Source of the DNA: Truepera sp.
GTDB lineage: Bacteria; Deinococcota; Deinococci; Deinococcales; Trueperaceae
Assembly: GCA_965218435.1 (NCBI GenBank)
Contig: CBDCKW010000009.1
Span: forward strand, 2,144,001-2,208,000
Direction: 5' to 3'
Length of the DNA stretch: 64,000 bases
This document shows, piece after piece, positions 28,701 to 39,124 of this stretch. The notes below the pieces were generated by a model that searched no databases, was not told the origin of the DNA, and saw only the letters and a list, made by a program, of their open reading frames with translations. Position 1 is the first letter of the stretch; each line of letters begins with the position of its first letter. Both the position numbers and the translations under genes were made by a program.

Positions 28701-30477
28701 AAAAGTAAGGATTTATCAACTCGCCAAAGAGCTCGGGATTGATTCCAAAGAGCTTTTAGGCCACCTCGACAATTTGGGCGTCGCGTATAAGTCGCACTCG
28801 AGCAGCCTCGACGAAGATGTCGCCGAGACCATCCGCCAGTTAGTTCAAGACGAAGGCGGCGTTGCCGAAGCCGAAGCAGCGGTAGAGCTGGCCGACGATA
28901 CCGAAGCGAATATCGAAACTGAAGCGTTGACAGACGCGGAGGTCAGAGTAGCAAATGACCCCGACGCGCCGCACCGCGCGCCGGTCGTCACAGTCATGGG
29001 CCACGTTGACCACGGCAAAACGAGCTTACTCGACTACATCCGCAAAACCAAAGTCGCCGACAAAGAAGCGGGCGGTATCACGCAGCATATCGGCGCGTAT
29101 CAGGCTGAAACCCCAGGCGGTTTGATTACCTTTTTAGATACCCCCGGCCACGAGGCGTTTACGACGATTCGGCAGCGCGGCGCGTCGGCGACCGACATCG
29201 CGGTCATCGTCGTGGCCGCCGACGACTCGATCATGCCGCAGAGCCGCGAGGCGATTGCGCACGCCAAAGCCGCGGGCGTCCCGATCATCGTCGCCATCAA
29301 CAAAACCGATTTGCCGCAAGCCAATGTGGACAGGGTCAAACAAGATTTGATGCGCCTCGAGCTTGTCCCTGAAGATTTCGGTGGCGACACCATCACCGCC
29401 GCCATCAGCGCGAAAACCGGCGACGGGGTAGACAACCTGCTGGAAATGATCTCGCTGGTCGCGGAACTCGAGGACCTCCGTGCACCCACGGGCGGCAACG
29501 CCGAAGGCGTCATCATCGAATCGGTGCTCGACAAACGCGCCGGTGTGCTGGCGACCGTCTTGGTACAAAAAGGCACGCTCCGTGTCGCCGATTACCTCGT
29601 CTCCGGTGAGGTTTGGGCGAAAATTCGCCGGATGACCGACGAGGCCGGAAAAGCCATCACCGCAGCGGGGCCGTCGGTCCCAGTGCAGATTTTAGGCTTT
29701 AGCGAACAACCCGTTGCGGGTGACAAGATCGTCGCCGTGGCCGACGAAGCAAGCGCCAAAGCCTTAGTCAGTGAGCGGCGTACCGCCCGCGAAGACGAAG
29801 AAGCGCAAGCAGGCAGCAAAAAAGGGATGACGTTAGCTGACCTCTTCGGCAAACCCAAAGTCACCAAGATCAACCTGATCTTACGGGCCGACACCCAGGG
29901 GTCTTTGGAAGCTATCAAAGGCGTCATCGCCAAAGAGTCCGAGCAGGTTGACGAAGTGGACATCGAGATTTTGCTCGACGCGGTAGGTTCACCGACCGAA
30001 TCGGATTTGCTCTTGGCCTCGACTGCAGACGCGAGCATTATGAGTTTCGGTGTCGCTGCGCCCGGAAGCGTGAAAAAAGCCGCTGAACGTCAGGGTATTC
30101 CGCTTAAAAACTACCGCATCATCTATGAACTGATTGAAGACGTACAGCGCCTCATCCGGGGTCAGATCGAACCCGAATACGAAGAGCAGGTCCTCGGTCA
30201 CGCCGAGGTACGGCAGGTCATCCGGGTACCGCGTAGCGGGAACATCGCCGGGTCGTATGTCACCGACGGGACGATTCGCCGCGGAGCCAAAGCGCGGCTG
30301 TTGCGTAATGGCAAAGAGGTCTATAAAGGCACGATTTCTCAGCTGCGCCGCTTTAAGGACGACGTGCGCGAGGTCGGCACCGGTTTTGAGTGCGGGATCA
30401 ACCTGCAAAACTACGAAAATGTGCAAGAAGGCGACGTCATCGAGGTTTATGACATGGTGGAGGTTCCAGTCGCCTAA
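28693..30477 (+). CDS. infB: Translation initiation factor IF-2 (short form)
   Basis: GHVDHGKTSLLD, DTPGHEAF, NKTD and RRFKDDVREV motifs. Confidence 0.98.
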   Translation: MSEKVRIYQLAKELGIDSKELLGHLDNLGVAYKSHSSSLDEDVAETIRQLVQDEGGVAEAEAAVELADDTEANIETEALTDAEVRVANDPDAPHRAPVVTVMGHVDHGKTSLLDYIRKTKVADKEAGGITQHIGAYQAETPGGLITFLDTPGHEAFTTIRQRGASATDIAVIVVAADDSIMPQSREAIAHAKAAGVPIIVAINKTDLPQANVDRVKQDLMRLELVPEDFGGDTITAAISAKTGDGVDNLLEMISLVAELEDLRAPTGGNAEGVIIESVLDKRAGVLATVLVQKGTLRVADYLVSGEVWAKIRRMTDEAGKAITAAGPSVPVQILGFSEQPVAGDKIVAVADEASAKALVSERRTAREDEEAQAGSKKGMTLADLFGKPKVTKINLILRADTQGSLEAIKGVIAKESEQVDEVDIEILLDAVGSPTESDLLLASTADASIMSFGVAAPGSVKKAAERQGIPLKNYRIIYELIEDVQRLIRGQIEPEYEEQVLGHAEVRQVIRVPRSGNIAGSYVTDGTIRRGAKARLLRNGKEVYKGTISQLRRFKDDVREVGTGFECGINLQNYENVQEGDVIEVYDMVEVPVA

Positions 30478-30526
30478 CTTGTCCTAGCTGACCTGGGCGA
30501 GGGTGTGCTAAAGTAGCCTTTGCTTC

Positions 30527-30883
30527 ATGGCTAGGTTCTGGTTTTCAAACGGTGTCAAAGACTCTTTCGGGAGTCTTCGCACCGTTTTTTATTGTCTTTT
30601 TCTGCTGCTGCCCTTTTATAGCGTCTCTGAAAGTCCGGCCAAGTCACCCGGTCAACCGCACGAAGCCGGGATGGGTGCGCCGCCACCGCCGCTGCTCGAG
30701 TCCCACCCCCGACTTACAACCTTCAGCAGCCCTGAACGCCGCTCCCTTGGAACGCTGCCGGTCACCGGTTACTTAGCGGCCGCTAGACCGCTTTGGAACG
30801 TCATTTTACCGCCTCTCGTCACGCCGGAAGTGGGTTATACGACCCTTGCCATGTTTCAGCAGTGGCAGCTCGAGGGTGGCTGA
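30527..30883 (+). CDS. Hypothetical protein upstream of secDF
   Basis: 118-aa ORF with a hydrophobic N-terminal stretch; no recognised family. Confidence 0.4.
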   Translation: MARFWFSNGVKDSFGSLRTVFYCLFLLLPFYSVSESPAKSPGQPHEAGMGAPPPPLLESHPRLTTFSSPERRSLGTLPVTGYLAAARPLWNVILPPLVTPEVGYTTLAMFQQWQLEGG

Positions 30884-31051
30884 AACTGGGCTTGACGTTT
30901 TGGTATCGCGTTGACGTTCTGCAAGGAGAAGTAAGAATACAGACCTCGTACTCGCTTACGAGAACGCAGCTCGAGCACCCTCTTATCCCAACGTCACCCT
31001 AAGCAGTTCAATAACATCCCTCAACCTTTTTTGTCCCTTTTTGGAGAAACC

Positions 31052-33232
31052 ATGTCGCAACGCGCCTTTCGTGGGCTTTTAGTCCTCGCCGCCCTACTCG
31101 CCGCTATTTTGTACCTCTGGAAACCGTGGAACACGTCCGGTGATCCTTCGCTAAAACTCGGCCTCGACCTGCAAGGTGGTCTCCGCGTCGTGTTGCAAGC
31201 CGACACCGCCGACCCCGCCCCCGAAGACATGCAGGCCGCGCGGCGTGTGATTGAAAACCGCGTCAATCAGTTCGGTGTATCCGAGGCGCTTATTCAAACC
31301 TCCGGCACCAACCGCATTTTGGTCGAGCTGCCGGGGTTGACGACTGAAGAGCAGAACCGCGCCCAAGATTTGATCGGTCAGCAAGCCGTGTTGGAGTTTC
31401 GCCTCGTCAAAGCCTCGGCAGCCAACAAAACCGATACGGAGATGACGCCAGCCGACCTCGAGCCCACCGCGTTTACCGGCGAGATTTTACAAAATGCCGA
31501 GACAGGCTTTAGCCAGTTCAACCAGCCCATCGTCAACTTCCAGATTCGTAACCGCGACGCGAACAAGTTTGGGCAGTTTACCGGTGGCGCAGTCGGCCGC
31601 CGGATGGCAATTGTGCTCGACAACAAAGTAGTCAGCGCCCCGACCATCAATCAGCGTATCAGTAACAGCGGTCAGATTACTGGGCAGTTTACGCTTCCCG
31701 AGGCAACCGACCTCGCGCTCGTCCTCCGTTCGGGAAGTCTGCCCATCTCACTTCGCACCGAAGGCGTCACGGCGGTCGGCCCGACGCTCGGACGCGACGC
31801 CATCAACGCAGGCGTTAAAGCTGCGCTGATCGGCGGCGCTGGCGTCGTCGTGCTCGTATTTCTCTACTACGGCCCGCTCTTCGGCGGCATTTTGGTCATC
31901 GGTCTCTTATACGTCATGCTTCTTAACTTAGGTATCTTGTCGGGACTGAACGCCACACTGACGCTACCGGGTTTGGCCGGTCTCATCTTAACGATTGGGG
32001 CCGCAGCCGACGGGAACATCATCTCGTTTGAACGTATCCGCGAAGAGCTGCGCGCCGGTAAGGGCCTCGGTCTGGCGATGAAAGCAGGCTTCAGCCACTC
32101 GATTCCGGCCATTATTGACACGCACATGGCGATTTTGCTCTCAGCGGCGGCGCTGTATCAGTACACTACCGGCCCGGTCCGCGGCTTCGCTATCACACTC
32201 GCCATCGGCGCGATCGCCTCGGTTTTTATGAACTCGGTAATGGTGCCGTTTGCCCTCAACACAGTGTTTTCGCGTTCGCGCCGTCCGCTTTTGCCCAAAG
32301 GGATTCACGTCCAAGGCCTTAAGTTCGTCAACAAAGCGCCCGTTATTATGACGTTATCTCTCGTGTTGGCGGTCGCCGCGCTCGGCTTTGTCTTTGTCCG
32401 CGGCCTCAACTTGTCCACCGACTTTACCGGCGGGAGCGACATCCTCCTCAGCGTTCCCGAGACGGTCAACGTCAGCGATGTGCGCAGCGGGATTGATCAG
32501 CTCGGCGTGGCTGGCATCAACGGCTCAGGCGCAACCGTGCAAGAGGTGCAAGACACGACGATTGCCGGTAAAGAGATTTCGGTACGGGTCGGGCAAACGC
32601 AAAATGAGGCTGACAGCGGCACCTTAGCGACCAAACTCGCGGCAGTCGTCGGCGGTCAGGTGTTGCAAAACAACTTCGTCGGGCCTTCGGTGGGTGAAGA
32701 CCTGCGGCAGAGTGCGATTTTGGCGGCGCTCGTCGCGGTTGTGCTGATTCTCATTTACGTCGCGTGGCGCTTCTGGCCGAACTGGATTGTCGCGGTGGCG
32801 TCTATTATCGCAACCGTTCACGACGTCGGGATTGTACTGGGAATTTTGGCGCTAGTCGGGGCACAGTTCAGCATTCCGGTTTTGGCCGCCATTTTGTTCG
32901 TCATCGGCTACTCGCTCAACGATTCGATCATTATTTCCGACCGTATCCGCGAGAACTTACGCGTTCACAAAGGGATGGACTACCGCGAGCTCGTAGACAT
33001 GTCGGTCAACCAAACCCTATCCCGAACGCTGATGACCTCGCTGACGACGCTGTTACCGGTGCTGGCACTGTTTTTCTTCGGCGGCAGCGTGCTTCACGAC
33101 TTTAGCCTGGTACTCCTGATCGGCATCGGTTTCGGGACGTACTCGAGCATCTTCATTCTCGCCCCGATGGTCGTCTGGTTTCAAAACCGTCAGGGTAGAA
33201 GGCCAGCGAGAGCGCAGCGGCGCACCGCTTAA
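31052..33232 (+). CDS. secDF: Fused protein translocase subunit SecDF
   Basis: LGLDLQGG, LRSGSLP, FERIREE, DFTGG, GYSLNDSIII and DRIREN motifs; ATG after GGAG. Confidence 0.96.
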   Translation: MSQRAFRGLLVLAALLAAILYLWKPWNTSGDPSLKLGLDLQGGLRVVLQADTADPAPEDMQAARRVIENRVNQFGVSEALIQTSGTNRILVELPGLTTEEQNRAQDLIGQQAVLEFRLVKASAANKTDTEMTPADLEPTAFTGEILQNAETGFSQFNQPIVNFQIRNRDANKFGQFTGGAVGRRMAIVLDNKVVSAPTINQRISNSGQITGQFTLPEATDLALVLRSGSLPISLRTEGVTAVGPTLGRDAINAGVKAALIGGAGVVVLVFLYYGPLFGGILVIGLLYVMLLNLGILSGLNATLTLPGLAGLILTIGAAADGNIISFERIREELRAGKGLGLAMKAGFSHSIPAIIDTHMAILLSAAALYQYTTGPVRGFAITLAIGAIASVFMNSVMVPFALNTVFSRSRRPLLPKGIHVQGLKFVNKAPVIMTLSLVLAVAALGFVFVRGLNLSTDFTGGSDILLSVPETVNVSDVRSGIDQLGVAGINGSGATVQEVQDTTIAGKEISVRVGQTQNEADSGTLATKLAAVVGGQVLQNNFVGPSVGEDLRQSAILAALVAVVLILIYVAWRFWPNWIVAVASIIATVHDVGIVLGILALVGAQFSIPVLAAILFVIGYSLNDSIIISDRIRENLRVHKGMDYRELVDMSVNQTLSRTLMTSLTTLLPVLALFFFGGSVLHDFSLVLLIGIGFGTYSSIFILAPMVVWFQNRQGRRPARAQRRTA

Positions 33233-33258
33233 GTGGTCTAGCCGACTTCAAACCTTTT

Positions 33259-33291
33259 AGCAGGGTAGCTTTAACAGCTGCCCTGTTTCTT
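33259..33291 (+). terminator. Intrinsic terminator after secDF
   Basis: AGCAGGGTAGC-loop-GCTGCCCTGTT followed by TCTT. Confidence 0.6.
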
Positions 33292-33463
33292 GCTCTGCGA
33301 AAGCCAATACTATGAGTTTATAATGAGGTCATAGGAGGAACGGAGGCGAGGCGGCAAAATTATAAGAGCGGCGCAGCGAGGTGGTTTGAGGCTTAGCTGA
33401 CAGCCACTTTGTAGTTGGAAGTGCTGGGGGGCAATTTTGTAGGAGAACGCAAGGAGGTTCAAA

Positions 33464-34915
33464 ATGAGGTTTTCAGTTAAGTACTATGGTGCATTATTAT
33501 TTATGTCTCTGCTGCTGTCCGGGAAGGTACTTGCCCAAGAACAGTGGCAGCTTGATCAAGCAGCGGGGAAATACTGGCATGTAGAAAAAGACGAAGTTCG
33601 CTCATTCGACCTAAAAGAGGAAAATCCGGGACTAATCCGGGTAGCACCAGAGAAAGATGGCAAGATAAATATCACAATACTTGCACAACTTGAGCTTGAC
33701 ATGTCAGGTGACCCAAAAGTTCGTTACTCGTTTAACCAAGACATTCAAACGGCAGGCTCATCTTCTGAACAATGGCTAAATTTTAGTTTATTTGGCGCTA
33801 CACAAATGGTTGCTTCGCAAAAGTTTGTAAAGCAGTTCATGCACTGGGCTGAAGCAGATGGGTTCGTTGATGTTGAAATAACAGACAAGAACGGCGATGT
33901 AGCACTCTGCCGGTTTGTTCTCACAGGGTTTGCAAATATCTACAATGAGCTGGCTAGCGAGCTCAACATCGCACAGATTGGCCCGAACGCATCCGAAGGT
34001 TGGCAGATCGAAAAAGGCAGAATAACAAGAGTCACAAATGTTGATGGGCAGAAGATTAAAGTAGTTGTCATTGGTAGAGACGAAGAGCCCGAAATACGCT
34101 TTTACCCAGATGCCGAGTTTACACGTAACGGAGAAACTAGAGTTCGAGCTGATAATGACAGAGGAAATCTTGATCGCTTTGAGTTTTCGATCTGGTCAAC
34201 CGTTCTTGAAGAAGGCCGGCGTGGGTATTTAGTTGCACCCACATCAAAGTTCGACACACTCCAGGACTCATCTTCGATCCAGTACACAATTGAGTTAATA
34301 GATAGAAACGATAAGCATGTAGTAAGGACATTTGAGGTTGCAGATTTATTACCTGCTTTTGACACTATGCGTAGCCGATACCCTGAACTTGCGATCGGAT
34401 CGAAGAATTCTCAATACTATGTGCGTTTCAATGTAGAACCGGCTGGCGCAAAGGTTGCTATAGACGAGATGTTCATCTTTAGATGGGTTGAAAAGGGCTT
34501 TATAAGTGGCCCGTCTTCTACTGTTGAGCTTTCAGAAGGACTCTACAGATATAGAAGTTCGCTTCCGGACTACTTTGATTTCGACGGTGAATTTATAGTC
34601 CCAGAGGACACGATAATCAATATTGAAATGAAACCACCTTCTGGTGCACTAGCTGAGTCTATTGAAAATGGTTACGTCACAGCTGAGCTTATCGGTGAGG
34701 AGACTTGGCCATTTGAGGCTGATGAAGGCAATCTCTCATGTGAAGAAGACAGTATGGCCATAGTAGAGATAGATGACGAACGGTACGCGCTTAACCGCGC
34801 AGCTGAAGACCTTTACCCAACTGTTGAGCCTATGCTTGACTACGGCGAAGGTTTAGAAGATGTTTCGCCGTTTGTCGAAAGAGCCTTGAGTCTGTGTGGC
34901 TCTGTCGAGAACTGA
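33464..34915 (+). CDS. Secreted hypothetical protein, possible PEGA-like and C-terminal DUF2511/YebY-like domains
   Basis: Signal peptide (..VLA-QE), VEPAGAKVAID, TWPF..LSC..RYALN; AAGGAGG RBS; AT-rich. Confidence 0.7.
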   Translation: MRFSVKYYGALLFMSLLLSGKVLAQEQWQLDQAAGKYWHVEKDEVRSFDLKEENPGLIRVAPEKDGKINITILAQLELDMSGDPKVRYSFNQDIQTAGSSSEQWLNFSLFGATQMVASQKFVKQFMHWAEADGFVDVEITDKNGDVALCRFVLTGFANIYNELASELNIAQIGPNASEGWQIEKGRITRVTNVDGQKIKVVVIGRDEEPEIRFYPDAEFTRNGETRVRADNDRGNLDRFEFSIWSTVLEEGRRGYLVAPTSKFDTLQDSSSIQYTIELIDRNDKHVVRTFEVADLLPAFDTMRSRYPELAIGSKNSQYYVRFNVEPAGAKVAIDEMFIFRWVEKGFISGPSSTVELSEGLYRYRSSLPDYFDFDGEFIVPEDTIINIEMKPPSGALAESIENGYVTAELIGEETWPFEADEGNLSCEEDSMAIVEIDDERYALNRAAEDLYPTVEPMLDYGEGLEDVSPFVERALSLCGSVEN

Positions 34916-34957
34916 ATTGATTGGGTCTCGCATTACTATGAACTGCTAAAGTAAGGA

Positions 34958-35194
34958 ATGAGCACTCGAGTCACCCTCACCAGCAAAGGGCAGATGACGA
35001 TTCCACAAGAGGTGCGGCAACGCTTAGGACTCAAACAGGGCGATCAGGTCGTGTTCGTCACCGAAAACGGGCCGACCGTGATGAAACCGGCGCGAGGCGA
35101 GGACAATCCTTTTATACAGTATGCCGGGGCGTTGGGAACCTTTGAAACCGAGGCCGAAGTCAACGCTTGGTTAAGCGACCTACGAGACGACTAG
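34958..35194 (+). CDS. AbrB/MazE/SpoVT family antitoxin-like DNA-binding protein
   Basis: LTSKGQMTIPQEVRQRLGLKQGDQV motif. Confidence 0.9.
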   Translation: MSTRVTLTSKGQMTIPQEVRQRLGLKQGDQVVFVTENGPTVMKPARGEDNPFIQYAGALGTFETEAEVNAWLSDLRDD

Positions 35195-35301
35195 GTGCTT
35201 TATGCAAGCAATTTTGTAGAGTGCCCTAGCCACACCGATTCGGCGGCTACCTCGTCGTTGGCAGGATCAAACCACCGGCTAGCCAGTCGGCTTCAGGAAC
35301 C

Positions 35302-36852
35302 TTAGAAGCGTAGTTCGTGCTCACCTTTAGCGGGAAGCGTTAGAAGCGCGTTCATTACGGTGTCTAGCCCAAACTTGAGAAAGAAACTAAAGGGGCTGAT
35401 AAGCCGCTCCTGGGGCGTGCCGTCAGGCAAGAGGTGAGCGTGCAAGCGCCCGAACTGCCGCGTATAGATGTCGTCTCGGTCCGCGAGGGCGGCGGCACTT
35501 TTGGTCTCGAGCCTTTCGAAAATCTCTTTTAGCTCGGTTTCGGCGCGGCTCACCGTCCGCTCGAGCGTCGGGTCAATGGCCGACACGTCGGCGCGTAGAG
35601 AAGCGGCGAGGTTTTGAAGGGCGCGGAGGCGGTTGTCAAACGCGAGTTTGTGACCGTGCAGCCTCAGCAGCGTTTGCGCTTCAAGTCCCTGCCAATCGGC
35701 TTGCAGCGCCCCGGCGCTCAGACCAAATTTGGCTAACATACGCGCAACCGGGGGTTCCAATATCGTAACGGTTGTGCGCGGCCAGATTAAGGGCATCGCC
35801 ACGCCGTGCTGCTCATAGACGCCCCGCAGTTGCGCGATATAGCGTAGTTCGCCCGGTCCAACGACGGTCGCCGCCGTCGGGAGAGCCGCATCTTGGGTGA
35901 TCGGCCGCAGCCCCGCAGCTGGCGTGATGCAGGTGGGGTCGGCGTCCAGGCGGGTGAGCAGCTCGCCTTGGCCGTAGCAACCCACGTCCGTTTGGAAAGT
36001 CGCACCGTCAAAACGTAAAAGACGCCGCTGGCCGTCAGTCGTTAAAAAAAGGTTCGTCGCACCCTCAGCGCGTCCGAGTTGCGGCGTATAACCCAGCTCC
36101 CTGAGCGTAGCAGCAGCGGTGTTCACGCTCTCTCCCGAGCGGAGCGGGTCGCTGAGTTCGGCGCGTAAAATCGGCGCAAAGAGTCTAGCGGCGTCAGGCT
36201 CGAGCGGATTGAGTACCACCAGTCCCTGAGCGCCTAAAAGCTCATAAAGGAGCGCCCCGAACCAGTCGGCAAACGTTTCAGAACGGGCGGCAGTGCGGCG
36301 CAAGAGATTAGTGATCTCCTGCTTGTACGCTTCAGGCCCGCGAAACGCCTTCAAATCTTGCAGAACTGTCTGAGGCCACACTTCAGAGAGTGCGATACGA
36401 CCTGCTGGCACCCCTTCAGGAAGAGGGAGCGAAAGGCGGTGAAGCGTTTCGTCCATATCAAGCAGGTAGGCGTGGTCAATCTCGGCGCTGTCGGCGTCTT
36501 GGGCGGCCAACCAGAACACCGGCACCACCGGACGCGCCTCGGTGCTCAGCTGCGCCGCGAGTTTCACCGCGCTGACGGCTTTGCTCAGGGTGTAGAGCGG
36601 CCCCAGCAAGAGACCTGTCTGCTGTCCGGTAACGACCACGCGGCTGTCAGGGTGTTTGAGTTTCTCTAAAGACTCAAACACCGCTGCGGGTGCCTCTAAC
36701 CGCTCAGCTTGCCGCCCCAACACTTCAGCGAGGTGTAACCGGTCTACCGGACGAGGTTGCGCTAAAGCCGCCTCGGTTGCCCCCGGCTCGAAGGCAAAGA
36801 GGGTGCTCAAGTCGTGGTTTTGGTAGGCGGTTTCAAAAGGAGTCGGCGGCAC
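35302..36852 (-). CDS. bshC: Bacillithiol biosynthesis cysteine-adding enzyme
   Basis: VVTGQQTGLLLGPLYTLSKA, PVFWLA, GPGELRYIAQ and PQER motifs. Confidence 0.93.
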   Translation of the reverse strand: MPPTPFETAYQNHDLSTLFAFEPGATEAALAQPRPVDRLHLAEVLGRQAERLEAPAAVFESLEKLKHPDSRVVVTGQQTGLLLGPLYTLSKAVSAVKLAAQLSTEARPVVPVFWLAAQDADSAEIDHAYLLDMDETLHRLSLPLPEGVPAGRIALSEVWPQTVLQDLKAFRGPEAYKQEITNLLRRTAARSETFADWFGALLYELLGAQGLVVLNPLEPDAARLFAPILRAELSDPLRSGESVNTAAATLRELGYTPQLGRAEGATNLFLTTDGQRRLLRFDGATFQTDVGCYGQGELLTRLDADPTCITPAAGLRPITQDAALPTAATVVGPGELRYIAQLRGVYEQHGVAMPLIWPRTTVTILEPPVARMLAKFGLSAGALQADWQGLEAQTLLRLHGHKLAFDNRLRALQNLAASLRADVSAIDPTLERTVSRAETELKEIFERLETKSAAALADRDDIYTRQFGRLHAHLLPDGTPQERLISPFSFFLKFGLDTVMNALLTLPAKGEHELRF

Positions 36853-36944
36853 ACGTCAGCGTACCGTGAGGTTTTTGGCAGCGGCGTAGGATACGCTGCG
36901 AACGAGTTGGGTAGAACCTGTCCATACCTGCGCCGTTATCAGAA

Positions 36945-37240
36945 TTAGCGGGGTTCAACCTTACCAAGCAGCGGAGCCATGCCCAGACGGACAATGTAGC
37001 TCTGCTGCCCCCGTTTGGCGCGGTAACGTCCAAACAAGTCGCACAGTTCTTTTTGTAGGGCTTTCGCCTCTGCGAGTCGAGCGTGATGTCCTCGGCCCAC
37101 AGGTCTACGAGCGCCGGTGTGCGCTCGTCGAGAAAGTTCCAACTGCTCTGGGGACCGGTGGCGTTTTGTACGGTTAAACGTCCTCCCTAGAGCCCTACGC
37201 GTACACCCCAGACGCGCTCGCCTTGAGCGCCTAGTTCACT
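36945..37240 (-). pseudogene. Degenerate gene remnant, possibly the C-terminal part of an HTH regulator
   Basis: WGVRVGL*GG..PALVDLWAEDITL, then a frameshift to EAKALQKELCDLFGRY..YIVRLGMAPL. Confidence 0.45.
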
Positions 37241-37479
37241 TAAAGCAGGCCGTAAAGCCCAAGCTGTAACCGTATGGACCTTACTTTCGGGTCGTCTCTC
37301 CTGCTGAGCCGGGTTTAGAGCAAGCCAGCTTTAACGAAGTACAGATGTTACGATAGCAGTTGTGTGTAACGCCGTGCGTCACCCTTGCAGTTTTTACGCC
37401 AAAGTCTGCGCCAAACCTTCTCTTTTAGCCCTTTCCGTATCCATTTTGAGCAACCAGGCAGGCCGCCGGGGGACAAGCT

Positions 37480-38196
37480 ATGCAGCTCCGCGTTGACCTG
37501 CGGCCCAGCGGCGACTACCCCGACGTGGTGGTCGTGATCGACGTGCTCCGGACCGGTACGCTCGCGCCGCTACTTTTTAGCCGGGGTTTGGAGACGCTCT
37601 ATTTAGGCTCCAGCATCCGCGCCGCCCGCCACCTCGCTGACGAACGCGGGCTGCTGCTCTTCGGCGAAAGGGACGGGTTGCCGCTCGAGGGCTTTAACTA
37701 CGGCGCTTCACCTGCCGAAGCCTCTCACGCCGACGTCGCGGGGCGCTCCGCCGTCCTCGTTTCGGAGAACGGTCCCCGTGTGCTGGAGCGCACCACCGGC
37801 GCACGTCACGTACTACTCGGCTCACTCTACAACGCTGAGGCGACAGCGGCGCTCGCCGCGTCCCTCGCGCAAACGGAAATCGCCCTGATCTGCACGGGCT
37901 TTCGCGGCGACGAAGACCTAGACGATACACTCTGCGCCGGATTTTTAGCCGCGCAACTTAAACGGCGGTTACCCGGCGCTCAGCTGAGCGGCGCGGCGCT
38001 TTACGCCATCGGCTTTTTAGGCGCGTTTCCCGCACCGGTGGGGGCACTGTGGGGCTCGAGAGCCGGACATCTGCTCCGCCGCTTTGACCTCACCGGCGAC
38101 CTCGCGCTGAGCAGTCTCGTCTCGCAGACGCAGTTGGTGCCGCGCCTAAGTGAAGCCGACGAAGGCGCACACTACCGTTTTACGGCCTCTGTATAA
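37480..38196 (+). CDS. comB: 2-phosphosulfolactate phosphatase family protein
   Basis: VVIDVLRT, GERDGLPLEGFNYGASP and EDLDDTLCAG motifs. Confidence 0.85.
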   Translation: MQLRVDLRPSGDYPDVVVVIDVLRTGTLAPLLFSRGLETLYLGSSIRAARHLADERGLLLFGERDGLPLEGFNYGASPAEASHADVAGRSAVLVSENGPRVLERTTGARHVLLGSLYNAEATAALAASLAQTEIALICTGFRGDEDLDDTLCAGFLAAQLKRRLPGAQLSGAALYAIGFLGAFPAPVGALWGSRAGHLLRRFDLTGDLALSSLVSQTQLVPRLSEADEGAHYRFTASV

Positions 38197-38248
38197 ACAC
38201 GAATGATGGCTGCTCAGATATTAGGGATACCAAGTACAGCTCGAGACG

Positions 38249-39007
38249 ATGACGAGAACGCCTAAGACCAGACGGGTAGCGCAACCGTTTCAGACGACGA
38301 CGATACTCGGGTTTGAAGTTGCCAAGGTAACGTTGCCGGAGGCGACCACTTGGGCGTTAGAAGTAACGCAGCGCGGCGGCGCACCCCAACTCCTCGTTAC
38401 CTTAAATCCGGAAATTGTCGTCCAAGCCGCGTCACGGCAAGACCTGAAAGAGGCGCTCGAGCAAGCCGACCTGAGCGTCGCTGACGGCGTAGGTATCTTG
38501 TGGGCGGCGCGGCAGCGTGACGAGCGGTTACCGGAACGCGTTCCCGGCGTCGAGCTGATGACCGGGCTTTTAGAACGCGGCGGGAAGAACCTGCGCGTGT
38601 ACTTTTTGGGAGCCAAACCCGGTGTCGCCGAACGCGCGGCCAAAGTTGCCACCGAACGTTTCGGTACGGCGGTCGCCGGGGTCCAGCACGGCTATTTTAG
38701 ACGGCCTGATGATATTCCAGCGGTTGTGAAGCAAGTTTCTGAGAGCGGCGCACAACTCCTTTTGTGCGGCCTCGGTGAAGGGCAAGAACTCTTTTTGCAC
38801 GCGCACCGCGCTGAGCTGAACGTCCCGCTGCTGCTGGGCGTCGGCGGCGCACTCGATGTGCTGGCGGGTGAGGTCAAACGGACGCCGACGTGGACGCACA
38901 GAGCGGGGCTCGAGTGGGCCTACCGGGTCGGTTCAGACCCCAAACGCTGGCACCGTTTTCCGAGACTATTAGAGTTTGTCCGGCTGGTGTTGGCCGACCA
39001 AACATAG
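38249..39007 (+). CDS. WecB/TagA/CpsF glycosyltransferase
   Basis: TLNPE, ADGVG, ERVPGVEL, GVGGALD and GLEWAYR motifs. Confidence 0.92.
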   Translation: MTRTPKTRRVAQPFQTTTILGFEVAKVTLPEATTWALEVTQRGGAPQLLVTLNPEIVVQAASRQDLKEALEQADLSVADGVGILWAARQRDERLPERVPGVELMTGLLERGGKNLRVYFLGAKPGVAERAAKVATERFGTAVAGVQHGYFRRPDDIPAVVKQVSESGAQLLLCGLGEGQELFLHAHRAELNVPLLLGVGGALDVLAGEVKRTPTWTHRAGLEWAYRVGSDPKRWHRFPRLLEFVRLVLADQT

Positions 39008-39124
39008 AAGAGGTAGCTTTGACGCATTTTAAGGTTGACTTACGCTTTTGGAAAGCCTTCACACTTACCAAAACACTATGGTTTAAGCGCCGCTTGACAG
39101 GAGATAGCAAAACCAAACCCAGCT

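Noticed and set aside
27237..30487. Long antisense and alternate-frame ORFs over nusA/infB, and similar ones throughout the window
   Set aside because: Shadow ORFs expected from high-GC codon bias, with no motifs or initiation signals.
36860..37330. Long gap upstream of bshC considered as RNase P RNA or a riboswitch
   Set aside because: No conserved rnpB or riboswitch motifs were seen; it is better explained as a decayed protein gene.
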